From positions 29,140,001-29,204,000 of the forward strand of contig OZ024740.1 of the NCBI GenBank assembly GCA_964016885.1: a stretch of DNA of 64,000 nt, in the 5' to 3' direction. This document shows, piece by piece, positions 48,901 through 63,500 of this stretch (position 1 is the first letter of the stretch; every line of letters starts with the position of its first letter). A program made the position numbers and the translations under genes. The stretch comes from Eledone cirrhosa (Eukaryota). The notes beneath the pieces were generated by a model, which saw only the letters and a program-made list of their open reading frames with translations, did not search any database and was not told the origin of the DNA.

Positions 48901-51900
48901 AAAACCAACAACACCAACAACACCAACAGCAACAACAACAACAACACGAACAACACCAACACCAACAACACCACCAACACCAACAACAACACCAACACCA
49001 ACAACACCAACAACACCAACACCAACAACAACAACAATAACAACAACCAACAACACCAACAACACCAACAACACCAACAACAACAACAACAGCAACACCA
49101 ACAACACCAACAACACCAACAACACCAACAACAACACCAACAACACCAACAACACCAACAAAACCAACAACACCAACAACAACAGCAAAAACAACAACAC
49201 CAACAACACCAACAACACCAACACCAACAACCCCAACAACACCAACAACACCAGCAACAACACCAACAAGAACAACATCAGCAACACCAACAACACCAAC
49301 AACACCAACAACACCAACAACAACACCAACACCAACACCAACAACACCAACAACAACACCAACAACAACAACAACACCAACAACACCAACAACATCAACA
49401 ACACCAACAACAACACCAACACCAACAACAACACCAACACCAACAACACCAACAACACCAACACCAACAACACCAACAACAACACCAACAACACCAACAC
49501 CAACAACACCAACAACAACACCAACAACACCAACAACACCAACAACAACACCAACAACAACAACACCAACAACACCAACAACACCAACAAACCAACAACA
49601 CCAACACCAACACCAACACCAACAACAACACCAACACCAACAACACCAACAACACAAACACCAACAACAACAACAACAACACCAACAACACCAGCACCAA
49701 CAACACCAACAATAACCCCTACAACACCAACAACACCAACAACAACACCAACAACAACAACACCAACAACACCAACAACACCAACAACACCAACAACAAC
49801 ACCAACAACAACAACAGCACCAACAACACCAACAACAACACCAACAACACCAACACCAACATCCCAAACAACAACAACAACACCAACAACACCAACCACA
49901 ACAACACCAACAACAGCACCAACAACAACAACACCAGCAACACCAACAACAACAACACCAACAGCACAAACAACACCAACAACAACAACACCAACAACAC
50001 CAACAACACCAACAACAACACCAACAACACCAACAACAACAACAGCACCAACAACACTAACAACAACACCAACAACACCAACACCAACAACACCAACAAC
50101 ACCAACACCAACATCCCAAACAACAACAACAACACCAACAACACCAACCACAACAACACCAACAACAGCACCAACAACAACAACACCAGCAACACCAACA
50201 ACACCAACAACACCAACAACAACACCATCAACAACACCAACAACACCAACAATACCAACACCAACAACACTAACAACACCAACAACACCAACACCAACAT
50301 CCCAAACAACAACACCAACAACAACACCAACAACAACAACACCGACAACACCAACAACACCAACAACAACACCAACACCACCAACTACACCAACACCAAC
50401 AACACCAACAACAACAACACCAACAGCACCAACAATACCAACAACAACAACACCAACAACATCAACAACACCAACAGCACCAACAACACCAACAACACCA
50501 ACACCAACAACAACACCAACAACAACAACACCAACAACACCAACAACACCAACAACAACACCAACACCACTAACTACACCAACACCAACAACACCAACAA
50601 CACCAACACCAACATCCCAAACAACAATAACAACACCAACAACAACACCAACAACACCAACATCAACAACAACACCAACAACAACACCAACAACACCACC
50701 ACCAACAACACCAACACCAACAACAACACCAACACCAACAACACCAACAACAACGCCAACACCAACAACACCAACACCAACAACACCAATAACAACACCA
50801 ACAACAAAAACACCAACAACACCGAAAACACCAACAACAACACCAACAACACCAACAACACCAACATCACCTCCAACAACAACACCAACAACACCAACAA
50901 CACCAACAACAACACAAACACCAACACCAACAACAACAACAACAACAACACCAACAACACCAACAACACCAACAACACCAACAACAACACCAACAACAAC
51001 ACCAACAACACCAAGACCAACAACAACACCAACAACACCAACCTACACCATCATCCCAAATAACAACAACAACACCAACAACACCAACACCAACAACAAC
51101 ACCAACAACAACAACACCAACAACACAAACAACACCAACAACAACACCAAAAACACCAACACCAAAATCCCACACAACAACACCAACACCAACAACACCA
51201 ACAACACAAACACCAACAACACCAACAACAACACCAACAACAACAACACCAACAACACCAACAATACCAACAACAACACCAACAACACCAACACCAACAA
51301 CACCAACAACACCAACAACACCAACAACACCAACATCCCAAACAACAACAACAACACCAACAACACCAACACCAACAACAACACCAACAACATCAACAAG
51401 AACAACAACACCAACAACACCAACACCAACAACACCAACAACACCAACACATACACCAACAACAACAACACCAACAACACCAACAACACCAACACCAACA
51501 ACACCAACAACACCAACACCAACAACACCAACAACACCAACAACACCAACACCAACATCCCAAACAACAACAACAACACCAACAACAACACCAACATCCC
51601 AAACAACAACAACAACACCAACAACAACACCAACAACACCAACACCAACAACACCAACAACAACACCAACACCAACAACAACACCAACAACAACAACACC
51701 AGCAACACCAACAACACCAACAACACCAACAACAACACCAACAACAACACCAACAACACAAACAACACCAACACCAACAACACCAACACCAACAACAACA
51801 CCAACAACAACACCAACAACACCAACAACAACAACACCAACAACAACACCAACAACACCAACACCAACAACAACAACAACAACACCAACAATACCAACAC

Positions 51901-53407
51901 CAACAACACCAACAACAACAGCAACAACAACGACACCAACAACACCAACAACACCAACACCAACAACCCCAACAACACTAACAACAACACCAATATCTCC
52001 AACACCAACAACATGAACACCAACACCGACAACAACAACAAAAACACCAACAACACCAACAACACCAACAACAACACCAACAACACCAACACCAACATCT
52101 CACACAACAACAACAACACCAACGACCACACCAATAACACCAACACCAACAACACCAACAACAACACCAACAACACCAACACCAAAAACACCAACAACAA
52201 CACCAACAACACCAACAAGAACAAGAACACCAACAACACCAACACCAACAACACCAATAACAACCCCAACACCAACACCAACGACACCAACAACACCAAC
52301 ACCTACACCAACAACAACAACACCAACAACAAAAACACCAACAACACCAAAAACACCAACAACAACACCAACAACACCAATACGAACAACACCAGCAGCA
52401 ACACCAACACCAACACCAACAACACCAACAACAAGAACACCAACAACACCAACAATACCAACAACACCAACAACACCAATACGAACAACACCAACAGCAA
52501 CACCAACACCAACACCAACACCAACAACACCAACAACAACAACACCAACAACACCAACAACACCAACAACAACACCAACAACACCAACAACACCAACAGC
52601 ACCTACAATACCAACAACAACACCAACACCAGCAACACCAACAACACCAACAACACCAACAACACCAACAACACCAACATCCCAAACAACAACAACAACA
52701 CCAACAACACCAACACCAACAACAACACCAACAACAACAACACCAACAACACCAACAACACCAACAACACCAACAACAACACGAACAACACCAACACCAA
52801 CACCCCACACAACAACAACAACACCAACGACAACACCAACAACACCAACACCAACATCCCACACAACAACAGCAACACCAACGACAACACCAACAACACC
52901 AACACCAACAACACCAACAACAACACCAACAACACCAACACCAAAAACACCAACAACAACACCAACAACACCAACAACACCAACAACACCAACAACACCA
53001 ACACGAACAACACCAACAACAACACCAACAACAGCAACACCAACAACACCAACAATACCAACAACAACACCAACAACACCAACAACACCAACACCAACAA
53101 CGCCAACAACACCAACACCAACAACCCCAACAACACCAACAACACCAACAACACGAACAACACCAACACTAACAACACCAACAACACCAACAACACCAAC
53201 ACCAACATCCCAAACAACAACAACAACACCAACAACAACGCCAACACCAACAACACCAACACCAACAACACCAATAACAACAACAACAACAGAAACACCA
53301 ACAACACCGAAAACACCAACAACAACACCAACAACACCAACAACACCAACATCACCTCCAACAACAACACCAACAACACCAACAACACCAACAACGACAC
53401 AAACACC

Positions 53408-53438
<31 letters not shown>

Positions 53439-56400
53439 CCAACAACACCAACAACACCAACAACATCAACAACACCAACGACAACACCAACAACACCAAC
53501 ACCAACATCCCACACAACAACAACAACACCAACGACAACACCAACAACACCAACACCAACAACACCAACAACAACACCAACAACACCAACAACACCAACA
53601 ACACCAACAACACCAACACGAACAACACCAACAACAACACCAACAACAGCAACACCAACAACACCAACAATACCAACACCAACAACACCAACAGCACCAA
53701 CACCAACAACGCCAACAACACCAACACCAACAACCCCAACAACACCAACAACACCAACAACACCAACAACACCAACACTAACAACACCAACAACACCAAC
53801 AACACCAACACCAACATCCCAAACAACAACAACAACACCAACAACAACACCAACAAAACTAACACCAACAACAGCAACAACAACACCAACAACAACAACA
53901 CCAACAACACCAACAAGAACAACAACACCAACAACACCAACACCAACAACACCAACATCAACACCAACAACACCAACACCAACAACACCAACGACAACAC
54001 CAACACCAACAACAACACCAACAACAACAACAGCAGCAACACCAACAACAACACCAACAACACCAACAACACCTACAACACCAACAACACCAATATCACC
54101 AACAACACCAACAACAACACCAACAACACCAACAACACCAACACCAACAACACCAACACCAACAACACCAAAAACAGCACCAACAACAACACCAGCAACA
54201 CCAAAAACACCAACAACACCAACAACAACAACAACAAAACCAGCAACACCAACACCAATATCCCACACAACAACAACAACACCAATATCCAAAAAACAAC
54301 AACAACACCAACAACACCAACACCACAACACCAACAACAACACCAACAACACCAACAACACCAACAACAACATCAACAAAAACAAAACCAACAACACCAA
54401 CAACACCAACAACAACACCAACAACACCAACAACACCAACAACACCAACAACACCAACACCAACATCCCAAACAACAACACCAACAACAACACCAACAAC
54501 AACAACACCAACAACACCAACAACACCAACAGCAACACCAACACCACCAACTACGCCAACACCAACAACACCAACAACACCAACACCAACATCCCAAACA
54601 ACAACAACAACACCAACAACAACACCAACAACACCAACACCAACAGCAACACCAACAACAACACCAACAACACCAACACCAACAACACCAACACCAACAA
54701 CAACAACAACACCAACAACACCAACAACAACAGCAACAACAACGACACCAACAACACCAACAACACCAACACCAACACCGACAACACCAACAACAACACC
54801 AACAACACCAACACCAACATCCCACACAACAACAACAACACCAACGACCACACCAACAACACCAACACCAACAACACCAACAACAACACCAACAACACCA
54901 ACACCAAAAACACCAACAACAACACCAACAACACCAACAAGAACAACAACACCAACAACACCAACACCAACAACACCACCAACACCAACAACAACACCAA
55001 CACCAACAACATCAACAACACCAACACCAACAACACCAACAACTACACCAACAACAAAAACACCAACAACACCAACAACACCAACAACAACACCAACAAC
55101 ACCAACAACAACACCAACACCAACACCAACAACACCAACAGCACCTACAATACCAACAACAACACCAACACCAACAACACCAACAACACCAACAACACCA
55201 ACAACACCAAGAACACCAACAACACCAACAACACCAACAACAACACCAACAACAACACCAACAACACAAACAACACCAACACCAACAACACCAACAACAC
55301 CAACAACACCAACACCAACATCCCAAACAACAACACCAACAACAACACCAACAACACCAACAACAACAACACCAACAACAACACCAACAACACCAACACC
55401 AACAACAACAACAACAACACCAACAATACCAACACCAACAACACCAACAACAACAGCAACAACAACGACACCAACAACACCAACAACACCAACACCAACA
55501 ACCCCAACAACACTAACAACAACACCAATAACTCCAACACCAACAACATGAACACCAACACCGACAACAACAACAACAACACCAACAACACCAACAACAC
55601 CAACAACAACACCAACAACACCAACACCAACATCTCACACAACAACAGCAACACCAACGACCACGCCAACAACACCAACACCAACAACACCAACAACAAC
55701 ACCAACAACACCAACAACAAAAACACCAACAACAAGACCAACAACACCAACAAGAACAACAACACCAACAACACCAACACCAACAACACCAATAACAACC
55801 CCAACACCAACACCAACGACACCAACAACACCAACACCTACACCAACAACAACAACACCAACAACAAAAACAACAACAACACCAAAAAAACCAACAACAA
55901 CACCAACAACACCAATACGAACAACACCAGCAGCAACACCAACACCAACACCAACAACACCAACAACAAGAACACCAACAACACCAACAATACCAACAAC
56001 ACCAACAACACCAATACGAACAACACCAACAGCAACACCAACACCAACACCAACAACACCAACAACAACAACACCAACAACACCAACAACACCAACAACA
56101 ACACCAACAACACCAACAACACCAACAACACCAACATCCCAAACAAGAACAACAACACCAACAACACCAACACCAACAACAACACCAACAACAACAACAC
56201 CAACAACACCAACAACACCAATAACACCAACAACAACACCAACAACACCAACACCAACACCCCACACAACAACAACAACACCAACGACAACACCAACAAC
56301 ACCAACACCAACATCCCACACAACAACAACAACACCAACGACAACACCAACAACACCAACACCAACAACACCAACAACAACACCAACAACACCAACAACA

Positions 56401-57570
56401 CCAACACCAAAAACACCAACAACAACACCAACAACACCAACAACACCAACAACACCAACAACACCAACACGAACAACACGAACAACAACACCAACAACAG
56501 CAACACCAACAACACCAACAATACCAACAACAACACCAACAACACCAACAACACCAACACCAACAACGCCAACAACACCAACACCAACAACCCCAACAAC
56601 TCCAACAACACCAACAACACCAACAACACCAACACTAACAACACCAACAACACCAACAACACCAACACCAACATCCCAAACAACAACAAAAACACCAACA
56701 ACAACACCAACAAAACCAACACCAACAACAGCAACAACAACACCAACACCAACAACAACACCAACAACAACAACACCAACAACACCAACAAGAACAACAA
56801 CACCAACAACACCAACACCAACAACACCAACATCAACACCAACAACACCAACACCAACAACACCAACGACAACACCAACACCAACAACAACACCAACAAC
56901 AACAACACCAGCAACACCAACAACAACACCAACAACACCAACAACAACACCAACAACACCAACACCAACAGCAACACCAACAACAACACCAACAACACCA
57001 ACACCAACAACACCAACACCAACAACAACAACAACACCAACAACACCAACAACAACAGCAACAACAACGACACCAACAACACCAACAACACCAACACCAA
57101 CACCGACAACAACAACAACAACACCAACAACACCAACAACACCAACAACACCAACAACACCAACACCAACATCCCACACAACAACAACAACACCAACGAC
57201 CACACCAATAACACCAACACCAACAACACCAACAACAACACCAACAACACCAACACCAAAAACACCAACAACAACACCAACAACACCAACAAGAACAACA
57301 ACACCAACAACACCAACACCAACAACACCACCAACACCAACAACAACACAAACACCAACAACATCAACAACACCAACACCAACAACACCAACAACTACAC
57401 CAACAACAAAAACACCAACAACACCAACAACACCAACAACAACACCAACAACACCAACAACAACACCAACACCAACACCAACAACACCAACAACACCAAC
57501 AACACCAACACCAACACCAACAACACCAACACCAACAACACCACAACACCAACAACAACACCAACACCAA

Positions 57571-60500
57571 CAACAACACAAACACCAACAACACCAACAA
57601 CAACACCAACAACAACAACACCAACAACACCAACAACACCAACAACAACACCAACAACACCAACAACACCAACAGCACCAACAATACCAACAACAACACC
57701 AACAACACCAACACCAACAACACCAACAACACCAACAACACCAACAACACCAACATCCCAAACAACAACAACAACACCAACAACACCAACACCAACAACA
57801 ACACCAACAACATCAACAAGAACAACAACACCAACAACACCAACACCAACAACACCAATAACAAAACCAACACCAACACCAACAACACCAACAACACCAA
57901 CAACACCAACACCAACAACACCAACAACACCAACACCAACAACACCAACAACACCAACAACACCAACACCAACATCCCAAACAACAACAACAACACCAAC
58001 AACAACACCAACAACACCAACACCAACAAAACCAACAACAACACCAACACCAACAACAACACCAACAACAACAACACCAGCAACACCAACAACACCAACA
58101 ACACCAACAACAACACCAACAACAACACCAACAACACAAACAACACCAACACCAACAACACCAACAACACCAACAACACCAACACCAACATCCCAAACAA
58201 CAACACCAACAACAACACCAACAACACCAACAACAACAACACCAACAACAACACCAAGAACACCAACACCAACAACAACAACAACAACAACACCAACAAT
58301 ACCAACACCAACAACACCAACAACAACAGCAACAACAACGACACCAACAACACCAACAACACCAACACCAACAACCCCAACAACACTAACAACAACACCA
58401 ATCACTCCAACACCAACAACATGAACACCAACACCGACAACAACAACAACAACACCAACAACACCAACAACACCAACAACAACACCAACAACACCAACAT
58501 TAACATCCCACACAACAACAACAACACCAACGACCACACCGACAACACCAACACCAACAACACCAACAACAACACCAACAACACCAACACCAAAAACACC
58601 AACAACAACACCAACAACACCAACAAGAACAACAACACCAACAACACCAACACCAACAACACCAATAACAACCCCAACACCAACACCAACGACACCAACA
58701 ACACCAACACCTACACCAACAACAACAACACCAACAACAAAAACACCAACAACACCAAAAACACCAACAACAACACCAACAACACCAATACGAACAACAC
58801 CAGCAGCAACACCAACACCAACACCAACAACACCAACAACAAGAACACCAACAACACCAACAATACCAACAACACCAACAACACCAATACGAACAACACC
58901 AACAGCAACACCAACAACAACACCAACAACACCAACAACAACAACACCAACAACACCAACAACACCAACAACAACACCAACAACACCAACAACACCAACA
59001 GCACCTACAATACCAACAACAACACCAACACCAACAACACCAACAACACCGACAACACCAACAACACCAACAACACCAACAACAACACCAACAACAACAC
59101 CAACAACACAAACAACACCAACACCAACAACACCAACAACACCAACAACACCAACACCAACATCCCAAACAACAACACCAACAACAACACCAACAACACC
59201 AACAACAACAACACCAACAACAACACCAACAACACCAACACCAACAACAACAACAACAACACCAACAATACCAACACCAACAACACCAACAACAACAGCA
59301 ACAACAACGACACCAACAACACCAACAACACCAACACCAACAACCCCAACAACACTAACAACAACACCAATAACTCCAACATCGACAACATGAACACCAA
59401 CACCGACAACAACAACAACAACACCAACAACACCAACAACACCAACAACAACACCAACAACACCAACACCAACATCCCACACAACAACAACAACACCAAC
59501 GAACACACCAACAACACCAACACCAACAACACCAACAACAACACCAACAACACCAACACCAAAAACACCAACAACAACACCAACAACACCAACAAGAACA
59601 ACAACACCAACAACACCAACACCAACAACACCAACAACAACACCAACAACAACACCAACAACACAAACAACACCAACACCAACAACACCAACAACACCAA
59701 CACCAACATCCCAAACAACAACACCAACAACAACACCAACAACACCACCAACAACAACACGAACAACAACACCAACAACACCAACACCAACAACAACAAC
59801 AACAACACCAACAATACCAACACCAACAACACCAACAACAACAGCAACAACAACGACACCAACAACACCAACAACACCAACACCAACAACCCCAACAACA
59901 CTAACAACAACACCAATAACTCCAACACCAACAACATGAACACCGACAACAACAACAACAACACCAACAACACCAACAACACCAACAACAACACCAACAA
60001 CACGAACACCAACATCCCACACAACAACAACAACACCAACGACCACACCAACAACACCAACACCAACAACACCAACAACAACACCAACAACACCAACACC
60101 AAAAACACCAACAACAACACCAACAACACCAACAAGAACAACAACACCAACAACACCAACACCAACAACACCAATAACAACCCCAACACCAACACCAACG
60201 ACACCAACAACCCCAACACCAACACCAACGACACCAACAACACCAACACCTACACCAACAACAACAACACCAACAACAAAAACACCAACAACACCAAAAA
60301 CACCAACAACAACACCAACAACACCAATACGAACAACACCAGCAGCAACACCAACACCAACACCAACAACACCAACAACAAGAACACCAACAACACCAAC
60401 AATAACAACAACACCAACAACACCAATACGAACAACACCAACAGCAACACCAACACCAACACCAACAACACCAACAACAACAACACCAACAACACCAACA

Positions 60501-63500
60501 ACACCAACAACAACACCAACAACACCAACAACACCAACTGCACCTACAATACCAACAACAACACCAACACCAACAACACCAACAACACCAACAACACCAA
60601 CACCACCAACAACACCAACAACACCAACAACAACAACAACAACAACACCAACAACACAAACAACACCAACACCAACAACACCAACAACACCAACAACACC
60701 AACACCAACATCCCAAACAACAACACCAACAACAACACCAACAACACCAACAACAACAACACCAACAACAACACCAACAACACCAACACCAACAACAACA
60801 ACAACAACACCAACAATACCAACACCAACAACACCAACAACAACAGCAACAACAACGACACCAACAACACCAACAACACCAACACCAACAACCCCAACAA
60901 CACTAACAACAACACCAATAACTCCAACACCAACAACACCAACAACAACACCAACAACACCAACACCAACATCCCACACAACAACAACAACACCAACGAC
61001 CACACCAACAACACCAACACCAACAACACCAACAACAACACCAACAACACCAACACCAAAAACACCAACAACAACACCAACAACACCAACAAGAACAACA
61101 ACACCAACAACACCATCACCAACAACACCAATAACAACCCCAACACCAAGACCAACGACACCAACAACACCAACACCTACACCAACAACAACAACACCAA
61201 CAACAAGAACACCAACAACACCAACAATACCAACAACACCAACAACACCAATACGAACAACACCAACAGCAACACCAACACCAACACCAACAACACCAAC
61301 AACAACAACACCAACAACACCAACAACACCAACAACAACACCAACAACACCAACAACACCAACAGCACCTACTATACCAACAACAACACCAACACCAGCA
61401 ACACCAACAACACCAACAACACCAACAACACCAACAACACCAACATCCCAAACAACAACAACAACACCAACAACACCAACACCAACAACAACACCAACAA
61501 CAACAACACGAACAACACCAACAACACCAACAACACCAACAACAACACCAACAACACCAACACCAACACCCCACACAATAACAACAACACCAACGACAAC
61601 ACCAACAACACCAACACCAACATCCCACGCAACAACAACAACACCAACGACAACACCAACAACACCAACACCAACAACACCAACAACAACACCAACAACA
61701 CCAACACCAAAAACACCAACAACAACACCAACAACACCAACAACACCAACAACACCAACAACACCGACAACACCAACACGAACAACACCAAAAACAACAC
61801 CAACAACAGCAACACCAACAACACCAACAATACCAACAACAACACCAACAACACCAACAACACCAACACCAACAACGCCAACAACACCAACACCAACAAC
61901 CCCAACAACACCAACAACACCAACAACACCAACAACACCAACACTAACAACACCAACAACACCAACAACACCAACACCAACATCCCAAACAACAACAACA
62001 ACACCATCAACAACACCAACAAAACCAACACCAACAACAGCAACAACACCAACAACACCAACAATACCAACAACAACACCAACAACACCAACAACACCAA
62101 CACCAACAACAACACCAACAACAACAACACCAACAACACCAACAAGAACAACAACACCAACAACACCAACACTAACAACACCAACAACACAAACACCAAC
62201 AACACCAACAACAACACCAACAACAACAACACCAACAACACCAACAACACCAACAACAACACCAACAACACCAACAACACCAACAGCACCAACAATACCA
62301 ACAACAACACCAACAACACCAACACCAACAACACCAACAACACCAACAACACCAACAACACCAACATCCCAAACAACAACAACAACACCAACAACACCAA
62401 CACCAACAACAACACCAACAACATCAACAAGAACAACAACACCAACAACACCAACACCAACAACACCAATAACAAAACCAACACCAACACCAACAACACC
62501 AACAACACCAACAACACCAACACCAACAACACCAACAACACCAACACCAACAACACCAACAACACCAACAACACCAACACCAACATCCCAAACAACAACA
62601 ACAACACCAACAACAACACCAACAACACCAACACCAACAAAACCAACAACAACACCAACACCAACAACAACACCAACAACAACAACACCAGCAACACCAA
62701 CAACACCAACAACACCAACAACAACACCAACAACAACACCAACAACACAAACAACACCAACACCAACAACACCAACAACACCAACAACACCAACACCAAC
62801 ATCCCAAACAACAACACCAACAACAACACCAACAACACCAACAACAACAACACCAACAACAACACCAAGAACACCAACACCAACAACAACAACAACAACA
62901 ACACCAACAATACCAACACCAACAACACCAACAACAACAGCAACAACAACGACACCAACAACACCAACAACACCAACACCAACAACCCCAACAACACTAA
63001 CAACAACACCAATCACTCCAACACCAACAACATGAACACCAACACCGACAACAACAACAACAACACCAACAACACCAACAACACCAACAACAACACCAAC
63101 AACACCAACATTAACATCCCACACAACAACAACAACACCAACGACCACACCGACAACACCAACACCAACAACACCAACAACAACACCAACAACACCAACA
63201 CCAAAAACACCAACAACAACACCAACAACACCAACAAGAACAACAACACCAACAACACCAACACCAACAACACCAATAACAACCCCAACACCAACACCAA
63301 CGACACCAACAACACCAACACCTACACCAACAACAACAACACCAACAACAAAAACACCAACAACACCAAAAACACCAACAACAACACCAACAACACCAAT
63401 ACGAACAACACCAGCAGCAACACCAACACCAACACCAACAACACCAACAACAAGAACACCAACAACACCAACAATACCAACAACACCAACAACACCAATA

